Shown piece by piece: positions 34,327-48,409 of a DNA stretch of 64,000 nt. Made by a program: the position numbers and the translations under genes. The notes below the pieces were generated by a model, which was not told the origin of the DNA, did no database searches, and was given only the letters and a program-made list of their open reading frames with translations. Positions within the stretch are counted from its first letter, which is position 1. Each line of letters starts with the position of its first letter. Source of the DNA: Escherichia coli (GTDB lineage Bacteria > Pseudomonadota > Gammaproteobacteria > Enterobacterales > Enterobacteriaceae); NCBI RefSeq assembly GCF_965641715.1, contig NZ_OZ282453.1. One strand, 5' to 3'.

Positions 34327-36723
34327 TCAGTTGTCTGTTGCACCAACCATACCCGCAAATTTGAGCCATTGTCCTGATGGACTTCTGTTACCGCGGTAGT
34401 GATAAACAAGGATTGCATTTGTTACTCCACCATAGTCAGCTTTATGTGATGTGGTTAAGCGAATTGTATAATCACCATCGGGCAGGTTAAAAACTTCAAT
34501 TACAGTCCCTGCTAATTCAACCGCTCCAAACCCCGTTATATTGTTGATGCTGCCCGCATTGAATCCCATCATATCGCCAAAACCAATCCAGTACTTTTTG
34601 CTGAACGCACCATTTGACCTCAGGTGGTTAATAAATGTGGACATACTCATGCCCATTTCGCCGCCAGTTATGGCTGATGTACGTACCGAAATACTTGGCA
34701 GAGCACTACTCTTCACATAAGAGCTCAGAAGATTTATGACTTCTGTTTTCGTATAAGCATTAACGTTAGCCGCAGTCAACGTTATATCCGCAGTGCCATC
34801 AAACTTCACACCAGCAATTTCCCTTGCAGTCTGCAATTTCGTGGCACTGGCTGCGTTACCCGTTGTATCCTGATTGCCTGCCGCATTCACCCCCGGGATC
34901 AAATCTTTTACTGTATAAATCTGCGCCCAGTCCGACTCAAACCCATACTCATCCCGTGAGGAACGATAAAACAGCCCACCATTTTTATAATTGGCCCTGA
35001 TTTGCAACGTCCGGCAACTTCCACCCCCTGTATAGAAGTTTGCAACAATATAGCTGCTGCCTGTCCGGGTGACATTGTATGCACCAGATTTGGCATTCCA
35101 CGGAACGCCTCCCTCTGACTCTGCGTGCACACCGGACGATCCAAGAGCAAAAGCAGAGACATCTGCAGCGGACAGCCTGATGTCTGATTTCAATGCCTTA
35201 CCATTCACCTTACGACCAGATGGAACCCGGTCATTTGCATTATCATTCACCGCTTTCACCGCCATTGGTGTTGCCGCCAGCGATTCACTGTCACTGTCCG
35301 TGGCACTGCTGAGCTGTACCACCCCCTTTCTCGTCGTGCTCGCATCCTCTAGCGCCACGGCAGATGCAATATCCTCTGCCCGTTTTGCTGCTGTCTCGGC
35401 ACGCGTTGCTGCAGATTCCGACGTACTTTTGCTCTGAGCTGCCGCTGTCGCACTACCAGCTGCCTCTGTCGCCTTCGTGGATGCCGTCGTGGCACTGACC
35501 TTCGCCTCTGACGCCTGTCTTACCGCCTCATCTTTTGAAGCAGACGCCGATGATGCTGATGACGCCGCCGAACTGGCGGACGATGCGGCTGCCGTTTCTG
35601 AGGCTCCTGCGCGGGTTTCCGACGCTTTCGCATTCGTCTCAGATGTCTTCGCTGCGGAAGCAGAACTCGCAGCTGCAGTGGCCTGTTCAGTGGCTTCGCC
35701 AGCCTTCGTTGTGGCTGTTGAAGCGGACGATGCAGCGCTTTCTGCCGATTTTCCGGCGGCAGCGGCACTGGCTACAGCCTCCCCTGCCTTCACTGATGCC
35801 TCACGGGCCGATGATGCAGCCGCGGTTTCTGAGCCTGCCGCAGCTGAGGCACTCTGTCCCGCTGCCGTTTCAGAAGACCTGGCGTTCGTCTCGGACGTTT
35901 TTGCCGCTTTCGCGGAATTGCCTGCCGCTGTTGCCGAGGAAGCTGCGCTACTGGCGCTCGAGGATGCGTTCGTTTCTGATGATTTTGCCGCCTCTTTTGA
36001 AGCCGCCGCATCCCGGGCTGAGGTGGCAGCTTCTGACGCTTTCGTAGTCGCGGTGGATGCAGAAGTGGCTGCTGATTGTTGTGACGCTGCCGCATTCGTT
36101 TCTGACGTTTTCGCGGCACTGGCACTGGTAGCTGCCGCGCTTTTTGAGGACTCTGCAGCGGCAGCACTTTTTGATGCTTCAGTGGCCTTTGTTGATGCCG
36201 TTCCTGCGCTGGAAGTCGCTGACTGAGCCGACGACGCGGCCTGTCCGGCTGACGTGCTGGCTGCGCGTGCTGAGCCTGCAGCATCAGTCGCATGGGTTGC
36301 CGCCTCACGGGCTGATGTGCTGGCATCACTGGCTGACTTCTTCGCGGCTGCCGTGTTCTGTGCCACCACGGACGCGTTACGCGCCACCTCTTCCACCATC
36401 AGCTCAAAACGGCGCAGTGCCTCCGGACGGGCATCATCCTCCGTCATGGCACCGAGAAAATCATTCAGCGTACCGGGTCGGGAATCTTCATACACTGTGA
36501 TGGTCCCGGCATGTGACGGCGGGAATCCTTCCACCAACAGAATAACGCTGTACTGACCGTACTCAACGTCCATGCTGTAACGCCCGGCTTCATCCGGATT
36601 TTCTGAGGCCAGCGTGTTCACCACCACCGTGGTACTGTTACGTTTTGCTTTCAGCTGGATTGTGCAGTTCTGTACCGGTTTTCCTGTGCCGTCTTTCAGT
36701 ACACCTGAAATCTTTACTGCCAT
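34327..36723 (-). CDS. side tail fibre protein Stf (lambda-like N-terminus, Ala/Ser-rich repeats, divergent C-terminus)
   Basis: MAVKISGVLKDGTGKPVQNCTIQLKAKRNSTTVVVNTL...EEVARNASVVAQNTAAAKKSA matches lambda Stf. Confidence 0.85.
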   Translation of the reverse strand: MAVKISGVLKDGTGKPVQNCTIQLKAKRNSTTVVVNTLASENPDEAGRYSMDVEYGQYSVILLVEGFPPSHAGTITVYEDSRPGTLNDFLGAMTEDDARPEALRRFELMVEEVARNASVVAQNTAAAKKSASDASTSAREAATHATDAAGSARAASTSAGQAASSAQSATSSAGTASTKATEASKSAAAAESSKSAAATSASAAKTSETNAAASQQSAATSASTATTKASEAATSARDAAASKEAAKSSETNASSSASSAASSATAAGNSAKAAKTSETNARSSETAAGQSASAAAGSETAAASSAREASVKAGEAVASAAAAGKSAESAASSASTATTKAGEATEQATAAASSASAAKTSETNAKASETRAGASETAAASSASSAASSASSASASKDEAVRQASEAKVSATTASTKATEAAGSATAAAQSKSTSESAATRAETAAKRAEDIASAVALEDASTTRKGVVQLSSATDSDSESLAATPMAVKAVNDNANDRVPSGRKVNGKALKSDIRLSAADVSAFALGSSGVHAESEGGVPWNAKSGAYNVTRTGSSYIVANFYTGGGSCRTLQIRANYKNGGLFYRSSRDEYGFESDWAQIYTVKDLIPGVNAAGNQDTTGNAASATKLQTAREIAGVKFDGTADITLTAANVNAYTKTEVINLLSSYVKSSALPSISVRTSAITGGEMGMSMSTFINHLRSNGAFSKKYWIGFGDMMGFNAGSINNITGFGAVELAGTVIEVFNLPDGDYTIRLTTSHKADYGGVTNAILVYHYRGNRSPSGQWLKFAGMVGATDN

Positions 36724-36787
36724 ATTCACCCCACAAAAAAGCCCGCCTGAACCGGCGGGCTGTCATAACACTGTGTTACCTGGCTAA

Positions 36788-37387
36788 TCAGAATTTATAA
36801 CCAACACCCACGATGAACCCGTCAGTGCGCCAGTCACCACTGCCGGAGCCTTCATAAGCGACATCAATGGCCACGGATTCGGTCGGGTTAAACTGCACGC
36901 CAGCTCCCCACGCCAGAGACGTGTTGCTGTGGCGACCGTCATCACTTCCGGTCAGCACATCGTGCTTTTTCCCCTTGTTGTCAGTTACGCGGAGATAATC
37001 CCCGGAGAAAGTCGACACACGGCTGTAAGCCACACCCGCCATCGCATACGCGCTGAACCATTCATTCACGCGCACAGACGGCCCCGCCATTACGCTGAAC
37101 CAGCGGTTACGAACGGAATCTTCATGCCAGCGGGTATCGCTGTAACGGGTAATCTGGCGATTCTTGTCTCCTGCATAGCTGAACGACGTCACCATCCCCA
37201 GTGTGTCCGTAAACTCATAACGGTATTTCACGTTAATCCCGTTCAGATCATCACTGCCGGGAACGTTCGTCCGGGCATGAAGATACCCCGCGCTCAGCGT
37301 GGACTGATGTTCAGACGCCCATGCAGGCGCACCGGATACGGCCAGACAAATGGCTGCGGACAAAATGGCGGCATAAAGTTTACGCAT
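36788..37387 (-). CDS. lom: Lom/Ail-family outer membrane beta-barrel protein
   Basis: 199 aa, signal peptide, C-terminal [10 protein letters not shown], position between J and stf. Confidence 0.85.
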   Translation of the reverse strand: MRKLYAAILSAAICLAVSGAPAWASEHQSTLSAGYLHARTNVPGSDDLNGINVKYRYEFTDTLGMVTSFSYAGDKNRQITRYSDTRWHEDSVRNRWFSVMAGPSVRVNEWFSAYAMAGVAYSRVSTFSGDYLRVTDNKGKKHDVLTGSDDGRHSNTSLAWGAGVQFNPTESVAIDVAYEGSGSGDWRTDGFIVGVGYKF

Positions 37388-37453
37388 AATTACCTCTCGC
37401 TTTTCTGCAATAAAAAAGGCGTCATTTCTGACGCCCGTTCTGGGTTATAAAAT

Positions 37454-40855
<3,402 letters not shown>

Positions 40856-40912
40856 TCATGCTCCATAAACGATAAAACCGCCCGGAGGCGGTTTCACATA
40901 AAACATTTTGCA

Positions 40913-41584
40913 TCAGCGACCAATCACCACAACCTGACCACCATCCCCTTCGTCTGCCGTGCTGATCTCCTGAGAAACCACGCGTGACCCCACGCGCATT
41001 TCACCGTACAGAACCGGCAGAACATTGCCCTGGGCAACCATGTTATCCAGTGAGGAGAAATAGGTGTTCTGTTTGCCGTTATCCGTTGTCTGTGTACGGG
41101 GAGTTCTGGCTTTCGGTGCCAGCATCTGCGCCACACCACCGAGCACCATACTGGCACCGAGAGAAAACAGGATGCCGGTCATACCACCGGCCCCAATGGC
41201 TGCCCCCCATGCTGCAAGGGTGGCTCCGGCGGTAAAGAATGATCCGGCAATGGCGGCAGCCCCCAGGACAATCTGGAATACGCCACCTGACTTGGCCCCG
41301 GCGACTCTGGGAACAATATGAATCACAGCGCCATCAGGCAGAGTCTCATGTAACTGCGCCGTTAACCCGGACGTGCTGACGTCCCGCCCGGCAATCCGTA
41401 CCTGATACCAGCCGTCGCTCAGTTTCTGACGAAACGCCGGGAGCTGTGTGGCCAGTGCGCGGATGGCTTCAGCCCCCGTTTTCACACGAAGGTCGATGCG
41501 GCGGCCAAATCGTTGCAAATCCCCGTAAAGGCAGATGCGCGCCATGCCCGGTGACGCCAGAGGGAGTGTGTGCGTCGCTGCCAT
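40913..41584 (-). CDS. tail assembly protein I
   Basis: 223 aa, MAATHTLPLASPGMARICLYGDLQRFGRRIDLRV. Confidence 0.9.
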   Translation of the reverse strand: MAATHTLPLASPGMARICLYGDLQRFGRRIDLRVKTGAEAIRALATQLPAFRQKLSDGWYQVRIAGRDVSTSGLTAQLHETLPDGAVIHIVPRVAGAKSGGVFQIVLGAAAIAGSFFTAGATLAAWGAAIGAGGMTGILFSLGASMVLGGVAQMLAPKARTPRTQTTDNGKQNTYFSSLDNMVAQGNVLPVLYGEMRVGSRVVSQEISTADEGDGGQVVVIGR

Positions 41585-42225
41585 TTGTCGGTATACCTCT
41601 CTCGTTTGCTCAGTTGTTCAGGAATATGGTGCAGCAGCTCGCCATCACCACAGTAAATGGCGGCATGATTCGGCACCGATGAACCAAAACAGCACAGCAG
41701 CACATCGCCCGGTTGTGCTGATGACAACGGCACCTGATACAGCCCTGTGGCCTCCAGATTATCCAGATAGAGATTCTGACCGTGACGCCACCAGTCATCC
41801 TCGCGATGAAAATCCGGCATCTCAATCCCCGCCAGATGATAAGCATCCCGGAACAGCGTGTAACAGTCCGTCACCCCGTGCTCAAAGCGCCGCCCAGTGA
41901 GATGCGGCACACAGCGGAACTTATGAATCGTCCCCCGGCAGACCAGCCACCACGGCAAATCACTCTGCACCTGCAGCCGCCGGTCGGCCTCACTCAGCCA
42001 GGGCAGACCACCGGGGTGGCTGTGGACCTGCGCCACAATCTCACCCTGCATTTCTGCCTGCAGCCAGTCCTCCGGAGCCATCCGGAAATAATCCTCCGGC
42101 TCACCGGAAATATTCACGCAGGGAAAATATCTTTCCCCCTCCGGCGTTCTCACCACGAAGCCGCACGACTCCGCTGGCGCACATCGCCGGGCGTGCGCCA
42201 GAATCGCTGATTCTGTCTCTGTCAT
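41482..42225 (-). CDS. tail assembly protein K (NlpC/P60-like; start at MTETESAIL)
   Basis: MTETESAILAHARRCAPAESCGFVV...HSHPGG; gene order between L and I. Confidence 0.85.
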   Translation of the reverse strand: MTETESAILAHARRCAPAESCGFVVRTPEGERYFPCVNISGEPEDYFRMAPEDWLQAEMQGEIVAQVHSHPGGLPWLSEADRRLQVQSDLPWWLVCRGTIHKFRCVPHLTGRRFEHGVTDCYTLFRDAYHLAGIEMPDFHREDDWWRHGQNLYLDNLEATGLYQVPLSSAQPGDVLLCCFGSSVPNHAAIYCGDGELLHHIPEQLSKRERYTDKWQRRTHSLWRHRAWRASAFTGICNDLAAASTFV

Positions 42226-42229
42226 GGGA

Positions 42230-42928
42230 TTACTGCGAAAGTTTGTTAATGGAAAGGAAGCCGCCAAAGTTGCCGACGTTATTGCGGAACTTACAGCCAC
42301 TCAGGCATTTGCTGCATTTATCCTTCGTGATATCGGACGTCGGCTGGTCATATTCATCCGCGACAGCCGGACCGCTATAACCGCACTCGTCACCGCGATA
42401 GGTCCAGGTGCAGGTGTTGGCCAGCATGATACGTCCCGGAAAAACAGCGCCATCCGTTTCCGTCGGCGTGGACAGTACAAAGGAGGCACTCACCGCGCTC
42501 AGTTCGCTGCACTGCTCGATGCGCCAGCGGCTGATCACCTCCTGCTCCGGATCGGCGTCACTGTTTCCGTTGACGAAGTTCACCGCATCCAGAAAACGGG
42601 CGTAAACCTTACGCCGGACCACCGTTCCGCCGACCAGACTCTGCAGATCTTCCGCCATCCCGGTGACCATACCGTACAGGTTAGAAACCGTCAGCGTGGG
42701 GCGCGTACTGGTGCCTTTGCCATTCAGTTCAAAACCGCTCCCCTGAATGGGATACGGCTGATACTGTCGCCCCTGCCAGGTGACCGGCTCACCTTTTTCG
42801 TTCTGCTCATTACAGAAAAAATAACGTTCTCCACCGACCTCTGTCAGGTCGATTTCCCAGAGCACCACGCTGGCCGACTGCTCCGCACGGGTGCATTCAT
42901 TCAGTGTTTCCTGCCGGATATCCTGCAT
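42230..42928 (-). CDS. tail tip assembly protein L
   Basis: 232 aa, MQDIRQETLNECTRAEQSASVVLWEIDLTEVGGERYFF. Confidence 0.9.
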   Translation of the reverse strand: MQDIRQETLNECTRAEQSASVVLWEIDLTEVGGERYFFCNEQNEKGEPVTWQGRQYQPYPIQGSGFELNGKGTSTRPTLTVSNLYGMVTGMAEDLQSLVGGTVVRRKVYARFLDAVNFVNGNSDADPEQEVISRWRIEQCSELSAVSASFVLSTPTETDGAVFPGRIMLANTCTWTYRGDECGYSGPAVADEYDQPTSDITKDKCSKCLSGCKFRNNVGNFGGFLSINKLSQ

Positions 42929-43257
42929 CAGTTCACCACCTGTTCAAACTCTGCGCTGAACTCAACACGCAGCATACTGACCCGCGACGACCATTTTGCG
43001 CAGGTCACCTTTATCTGCCGCCACTCATAAGGCGGCGTCCACAGAAAGGATTTCCAGCCCCCGTGCTCTTCCAGAAACGACTCCAGTACCGTGGCCTCCT
43101 CACGGGGGACAGAAAGCGTCACGCTGTACGTTTTCAGGTTGGCATTCAGCCCGGCAGGCGCTCGCTGGGAATAGCCATCACCAAAGCGCACCTTTCTTAC
43201 AGAAGGGGCCGAAGCCACATCCATACCGGGTTTCACTTTCCAGCGGAAGGTTTTCAT
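42928..43257 (-). CDS. tail tip protein M
   Basis: 109 aa, MKTFRWKVKPGMDVASAPSVRKVRFGDGYSQRAP. Confidence 0.9.
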   Translation of the reverse strand: MKTFRWKVKPGMDVASAPSVRKVRFGDGYSQRAPAGLNANLKTYSVTLSVPREEATVLESFLEEHGGWKSFLWTPPYEWRQIKVTCAKWSSRVSMLRVEFSAEFEQVVN

Positions 43258-45833
43258 CGTCCACCTCCGGAGAACAGGCCACCATCACGCATCTGTGTCT
43301 GAATTTCATCACGGGCACCCTTGCGGGCCATGTCATACACCGCCTTCAGAGCAGCCGGACCTATCTGCCCGTTCGTGCCGTCGTTGTTAATCACCACATG
43401 GTTATTCTGCTCAAACGTCCCGGACGCCTGCGACCGGCTGTCAGCCAGACTGCCCGGTGTACCGACATAACCACCGGTGGCATAGCCGCGCATCAGCCGG
43501 TAGAGATTCCCCACGCCAATCCGGCTGGTTGCCTCCTTCGTGAAGACAAATTCACCACGGTGAACAATCCCCGCTGGCTCATATTTGCCGCCGGTTCCCG
43601 TAAATCCCCCGGTCGCAAAATGGAATTTCGCCGCAGCGGCCTGAATGGCTGTACCGCCTGACGCGGATGCGCCGCCACCAACAGCCACGCCAATGGCGCT
43701 GCCGATACTCCCGACAATCCCCACCATTGCCTGCTTAAGCAGAATTTCTGTCATCATGGACAGCACGGAGCGGGTGAAGCTGCGCCAGTTCTGCTCACTG
43801 CCGGTCAGCATCGCCGCCATATTCTGTGCAATACCATCAAAGGTCTGCGTGGCTGCACTTTTTACCTGCGACATACTGTCCGTGGCGCTCTCTTCCCACT
43901 CACTCCAGCCGGACTTCAGGCCTGCCATCCAGCTCCCGCGAAGCTGGTCTTCAGCCGCCCAGGTCTTTTTCTGCTCTGACATGACGTTATTCAGCGCCAG
44001 AGGATTATCGCCATACTGTTCCTTCAGGCGCTGTTCCGTGGCTTCCCGCGCTGCCTGCCGGTCAGTCAGCCCCCGGCTTTTCGCATCAATGGCGGCCCGT
44101 TTTGCCCGTTGCTGCTGTGCGAATTTATCCGCCTGCTGCGCCAGCGCGTTCAGGCGCTCCTGATACGTAACCTTGTCGCCAAGTGCAGCCAGCTGGCGTT
44201 TGTACTCCAGCGTCTCATCTTTATGCGCCAGCAGGGATTTCTCCTGTGCAGACAGCTGGCGACGTTGCGCCGCCTCCTCCAGTACCGCGAACTGACTTTC
44301 TGCCTTCCACAAATCCCGGCGCTGCTGGCTGATTTTCTCATTCGCTCCGGCATGCTTCTCCAGCATCCGGAGTTCTGCCTGAAGCGTCAGCAGGGCAGCA
44401 TGAGCACTGTCTTCCTGGCGATCGCCTGCAGACACTTTCACGCCGGACTGCTTCGGCTTTTTCAGCGTCGCTTCATAATCCTTTTTCGCTGCCGCCATCA
44501 GCGTGTTGTAATCTGCCTGCAGGATTTTCCCGTCTTTCAGTGCCTTATTCAGTTCTTCCTGACGGGCGGTATATTTCTCCAGCGGCGTCTGCAGGCGTTC
44601 GTAAGCCTTCTGCGCCTCTTCGGTATATTTCAGCCGTGATGCCTCAGACTCGGCCCAGTCCTTTGCTGCCATCTCTCTGGCCTTTTCAAGATCGGCCTGC
44701 AACGTGGCGGCTGAAAGCCCAAGTTGCGCATTCGCTCTGTCCTCCCATGCTCCCCGGAGATTGGCAAGAAATGCTGAGGTTTTACCGCGCCGGTGGCTCC
44801 GGCTCTGATACCACTGCCATTTTTTGTCCGCCTCATCAAAAGCCTTTTCTGCTTTCTCCAGCATTCCCTGGGCAGTGTCCGGGCGACCAATATCCAGCAC
44901 CGAATCCCACATGGATTTGAATGCCCGTGCTGTCCTGTCTGCCCAGGTCTCCAGCGTGCCCATGTTCTCTTTCAGGCGGCGGGTCTGGTCATCAAACCCT
45001 TTCGTTGCGGCCTCGTTCGCCGCCTGCAATGCCCCGGCTTCATCTCCGGAACGCTGCAACTGAGCAACATACGCAATCTGCTCCGCCGTCACGTTATGGA
45101 ACTGACGTGCCATCGCTGTCAGTCCCGACGTCGGGTCTGTGGTCAGCTTCCCGAAGGCTTCAGCGACCTTGTCCACCTCCACGCCGGATGCAGAGGAGAA
45201 ACGCGCCACACTCTGGCTGATCGCCTCAAACTGCTCACCACCACGCACACCGGCATTCACCAGCGCCGTCAGTGACTCGCTGGTCTGGTTAAACGTCAGC
45301 CCTGCCGCCTGCCCGGCTCTGGACAGGACCAGCATGCGATCTGCCGTCAGACCCGACTGATTGCCGGAAAGGACCAGCGTTTTGTTGAAATCGGACAGGG
45401 TTGAGTTGCCCTGATACCAGGCATACGCCAGCGCACCGGTCGCCACTGCCAGCGAGGTGGCCCCGACCATCGGCAGGGTGATCGCACCGGCAAGTCCCCT
45501 GAACATGGGGATCATACCGCCGAAGGAGTCCTTCACCTGACCACCCTGTTGCAGCAGGATCAGCCACGGACTCTGCCCGCCTGCAAGCTGCGTGGCCACG
45601 TCGGTGAACTGTGCAGGAAGCATACGCATGGCGGCTTTATACTGTCCGACGGAAATCCCCGCTTTCTGTGCAGCCAGCGCCTGCCGGTTCATTGACTGTT
45701 CAACGACTGCCGCTGTTTTTTTCGCATCACTTTCCGTACCGGAAAAATGACGCCTGACTCTGGCCATCTGCTCGTCAAATCTGGCCGCATCCAGACTTAA
45801 ATCAACGACCAGATCGCCTACCGGTTCAGCCAT
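43254..45833 (-). CDS. tail tape measure protein H
   Basis: 859 aa, long coiled-coil, lambda H-like N-terminus MAEPVGDLVVDLSLDAARFDEQMARVRRHF. Confidence 0.9.
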   Translation of the reverse strand: MAEPVGDLVVDLSLDAARFDEQMARVRRHFSGTESDAKKTAAVVEQSMNRQALAAQKAGISVGQYKAAMRMLPAQFTDVATQLAGGQSPWLILLQQGGQVKDSFGGMIPMFRGLAGAITLPMVGATSLAVATGALAYAWYQGNSTLSDFNKTLVLSGNQSGLTADRMLVLSRAGQAAGLTFNQTSESLTALVNAGVRGGEQFEAISQSVARFSSASGVEVDKVAEAFGKLTTDPTSGLTAMARQFHNVTAEQIAYVAQLQRSGDEAGALQAANEAATKGFDDQTRRLKENMGTLETWADRTARAFKSMWDSVLDIGRPDTAQGMLEKAEKAFDEADKKWQWYQSRSHRRGKTSAFLANLRGAWEDRANAQLGLSAATLQADLEKAREMAAKDWAESEASRLKYTEEAQKAYERLQTPLEKYTARQEELNKALKDGKILQADYNTLMAAAKKDYEATLKKPKQSGVKVSAGDRQEDSAHAALLTLQAELRMLEKHAGANEKISQQRRDLWKAESQFAVLEEAAQRRQLSAQEKSLLAHKDETLEYKRQLAALGDKVTYQERLNALAQQADKFAQQQRAKRAAIDAKSRGLTDRQAAREATEQRLKEQYGDNPLALNNVMSEQKKTWAAEDQLRGSWMAGLKSGWSEWEESATDSMSQVKSAATQTFDGIAQNMAAMLTGSEQNWRSFTRSVLSMMTEILLKQAMVGIVGSIGSAIGVAVGGGASASGGTAIQAAAAKFHFATGGFTGTGGKYEPAGIVHRGEFVFTKEATSRIGVGNLYRLMRGYATGGYVGTPGSLADSRSQASGTFEQNNHVVINNDGTNGQIGPAALKAVYDMARKGARDEIQTQMRDGGLFSGGGR

Positions 45834-46266
45834 ACCGGACTCCTCCTGCGATCCCTTCTGATACTGTCATCAGCATTACGTCATCCTCCGTCATGCCCGC
45901 CACATCCGGGGAAGCGGGGATAACTTCATTCCCGTCCGGGTCAAAGCGGACGCCTCCGGCAAGCCCTGCCGCTTTCTGCATCAGCACATCATCTTCAGGC
46001 TCTTCGTCAGCCTCACGCCGGTTCAGCAGACTGAAATCCAGCGGATGCATATCCGGATCGCTGAAAAACAGGCTGAGCACGGTGTACGTCAGCCCGGAAA
46101 AGTGCATATCCAGCAGAACATCATGAAAATAATGGGTACTGTAAAAGCGGTGCCAGTCGGCATACTCCGTGGATGACATCCCGGCAAGCATGGCGCGCCA
46201 GTCGGGTCGCCCCATCTCACGCGCCAGTTTCAGGGCAAAACTCAGCTCACCGTCGAACACTTTCCC
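45826..46266 (-). CDS. T portion of the tail assembly chaperone G-T, expressed by -1 frameshift from G
   Basis: -1 frame ORF directly overlapping the 3' end of G; slippery heptamer GGGAAAG present on the minus strand at the overlap. Confidence 0.7.
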   Translation of the reverse strand, partial: GKVFDGELSFALKLAREMGRPDWRAMLAGMSSTEYADWHRFYSTHYFHDVLLDMHFSGLTYTVLSLFFSDPDMHPLDFSLLNRREADEEPEDDVLMQKAAGLAGGVRFDPDGNEVIPASPDVAGMTEDDVMLMTVSEGIAGGVRYG

Positions 46267-46664
46267 GCAGAAACAGGCTCTGCAGGCCCGGCGTCATCTG
46301 CCTGTTCAGGTGCATCATTCACAACAAACTCAGACATACCGGACAGACGCATTACCACATTTTCAGCCTGAGCAATTGCCTCTGTGGGCCAGGTGGTAAG
46401 CACTTCCTGCTCAATTTGTTTAACGGCTTCATTCATGGATGGCATCTTTGTCTTCTGCGGATGGTTATGCCACAGGGACATCGCCACCAGAAAAGCACCG
46501 GTTCTGACGAGATCTTCCACGCTCACCTGTCGATTGACACTGGAGCCCGCCTGTTCTGCCTGTCGTTTCAGCAGGGCGAGATGCTCAATACGCTGCAGGG
46601 CTGACAGTTCAGAAAGCGTGACGCTCACACCGTTATATTCAAATGATTCGGTTTTCAGGAACAT
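46242..46664 (-). CDS. tail assembly chaperone G
   Basis: 140 aa, MFLKTESFEYNGVSVTLSELSALQRIEHLALLKRQ. Confidence 0.85.
   Translation of the reverse strand: MFLKTESFEYNGVSVTLSELSALQRIEHLALLKRQAEQAGSSVNRQVSVEDLVRTGAFLVAMSLWHNHPQKTKMPSMNEAVKQIEQEVLTTWPTEAIAQAENVVMRLSGMSEFVVNDAPEQADDAGPAEPVSAGKCSTVS
46260..46266 (-). promoter_or_regulatory. programmed -1 ribosomal frameshift slippery site (GGGAAAG) for G-T
   Basis: plus-strand ctttccc at the G/T overlap. Confidence 0.6.
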
Positions 46665-46679
46665 CGCTGACTCTCCGGA

Positions 46680-47420
46680 TTAACTGTCGGTGACGGTGAT
46701 TTCTGCAACCGCAGCAAGTTCACCATTACCGGATACAACCGGAATGTTGACCTTGCCTGCAGCAACGCCGTTCACGGTGATGGTCATACCGCTGACCGAC
46801 ACGGTGGCTTTTGTTTTATCCGCAGACACCGCACGGAAGCTCTTGTCGGTTGCGCCCTCCGGCTGGAATGCCACGGTCAGCGTGGTGCTCTGCCCTTTCA
46901 CCACCGAAGTGCTGGCAGGCGTCACGGTCATGCCGGTTGCCGCTGTTACCGTGCTGCGATCTTCTGCCATCGACGGACGCCCCACGTTGGTGACTTTCAC
47001 CGTGCGGGTGATCACTTCCTTCGCCGTCACCGCCTTACCGATACTGCTGACCCAGCCGCGGAACACATCGACCGTGCCGTTCGGGAAGCGGATTTTATAG
47101 GCACGGGTATCCCCTTCATTAAACCACGCCAGCAGCGCCTGCTGCCCCTGCTCTCCGGGCATCCACGCCAGCGTGAAGCTGGTATCTCCGGCAGATTTCT
47201 GCCCCTGCCCGGTCGCAGTCCAGTCCGCATCTTCATCATCGAGATAGCTGTCGTCACAGGACTCAGCGGTCAGTTCGCCGGGCGTCAGGTCTTTAACTTT
47301 TGCCAGACGCAACCAGTCAACGTCTGAAAGCGGATTCGCATAAGGGTTACCGCTCCCCTTATAAACCCACAGGGTGGTCCCGGCACCTTTCACCGGCATT
47401 ACAGGATTTGGTACAGGCAT
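46680..47420 (-). CDS. major tail tube protein V (start at MPVPNPV)
   Basis: [36 protein letters not shown]..., C-terminal Ig-like domain. Confidence 0.9.
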   Translation of the reverse strand: MPVPNPVMPVKGAGTTLWVYKGSGNPYANPLSDVDWLRLAKVKDLTPGELTAESCDDSYLDDEDADWTATGQGQKSAGDTSFTLAWMPGEQGQQALLAWFNEGDTRAYKIRFPNGTVDVFRGWVSSIGKAVTAKEVITRTVKVTNVGRPSMAEDRSTVTAATGMTVTPASTSVVKGQSTTLTVAFQPEGATDKSFRAVSADKTKATVSVSGMTITVNGVAAGKVNIPVVSGNGELAAVAEITVTDS

Positions 47421-47427
47421 AGCGTCC

Positions 47428-47823
47428 TCACATTTCATAGGTAATGACATAAGTCAGATCGGCTGAACTCCACAGGCCCGCATCATCGTCGCGCCGGTAG
47501 TCATAGCCGCTGGCCACCATACTGGTGATCAAATCTGACAGTGCCGGGATATCACTCATCACCGGATAAATCCGGGACTCCATCCACGCATCCAGCTCTG
47601 AATCCGGCACCTGAGCAGGCAGGAAAACTTCAATATGCAACTCCGCCTGCCAGGTATCGCTGTCCAGCTCTTCGCCCGTGTATTCAGCGCCGGTGAGATA
47701 AACGGCAATTGCCGGAAAATCCGCCTCATCAAAAACAGCGGGGCGACCATCAAAAAGCGTCGCCCCGGTGTCATGCTTCTCCAGTGCATCCAGTACGGCT
47801 GCACGGAGTTCAGTATGTTTCAT
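47428..47823 (-). CDS. tail tube terminator protein U
   Basis: 131 aa, [33 protein letters not shown]. Confidence 0.9.
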   Translation of the reverse strand: MKHTELRAAVLDALEKHDTGATLFDGRPAVFDEADFPAIAVYLTGAEYTGEELDSDTWQAELHIEVFLPAQVPDSELDAWMESRIYPVMSDIPALSDLITSMVASGYDYRRDDDAGLWSSADLTYVITYEM

Positions 47824-48398
47824 CGCTTTATTACCATTCTCAGTTGATGCTGCAGCGCATAGCCCAGCTCTTTCGGAAGACGTTCACGCCGTATCCGCTC
47901 AATATTCTGTTTAAACGCCGTGGTCAGCGGCACCGCCATCGGGATTTTCACCACATCAATGGGGTAACGGTTTTTCCCGGCCACACGCTGCATGACATGC
48001 CAGCGGCCATTTTTCAGTTGCTGAATAAACGCGCCGGGAATACGACGGTTTCCCACCACAAGCACGCTGCCGCCACCTTTCAGGGCTGAACGCTGCCCCT
48101 TTTTACGACGCCTGCGGCGGGACAGGACAACCCGCGCGTTACCCAGCCTGATGACGGGCAAATCCCCCCTGTTAACCCTGATTCTGGCCTGCGGATTTTT
48201 AACCGTGGCCCTTTTCAGCCTGGCCCTTTCCTTTACCAGTTTCCGGCGTACCTTTGTTTCACGGGCAACCTGTGCCGCCGACTGCGATATCGCGGATGAA
48301 GCAACGCGGTTAATGGCCATTGCGGCGGCACCAGGCACCGCCGTTTTGCTGATACGGCTGAGGTTTTCAACGGCCTGCTCAAGACCTTTTATGGCCAT
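47820..48398 (-). CDS. tail completion protein Z
   Basis: 192 aa, gene order between FII and U. Confidence 0.85.
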   Translation of the reverse strand: MAIKGLEQAVENLSRISKTAVPGAAAMAINRVASSAISQSAAQVARETKVRRKLVKERARLKRATVKNPQARIRVNRGDLPVIRLGNARVVLSRRRRRKKGQRSALKGGGSVLVVGNRRIPGAFIQQLKNGRWHVMQRVAGKNRYPIDVVKIPMAVPLTTAFKQNIERIRRERLPKELGYALQHQLRMVIKR

Positions 48399-48409
48399 AC
48401 ATCCCCCTT

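Noticed and set aside
35069-36556. Multiple long ORFs on both strands inside the side tail fibre gene (for example 35477..36226 +, 35790..36329 -, 35535..36047 +)
   Set aside because: They lie within the Ala/Ser-rich, GC-biased repeat region of stf, where any frame lacks stops; their translations are low-complexity (poly-Ala, Pro/Arg/Gln-rich) and antisense or out-of-frame to a well-supported gene.
40924-41682. Overlapping small ORFs across the I/K junction and the 103-nt I/K overlap
   Set aside because: I and K themselves are well supported by lambda similarity; the additional frames are by-products, and the overlap follows from both ORFs being read to full length.
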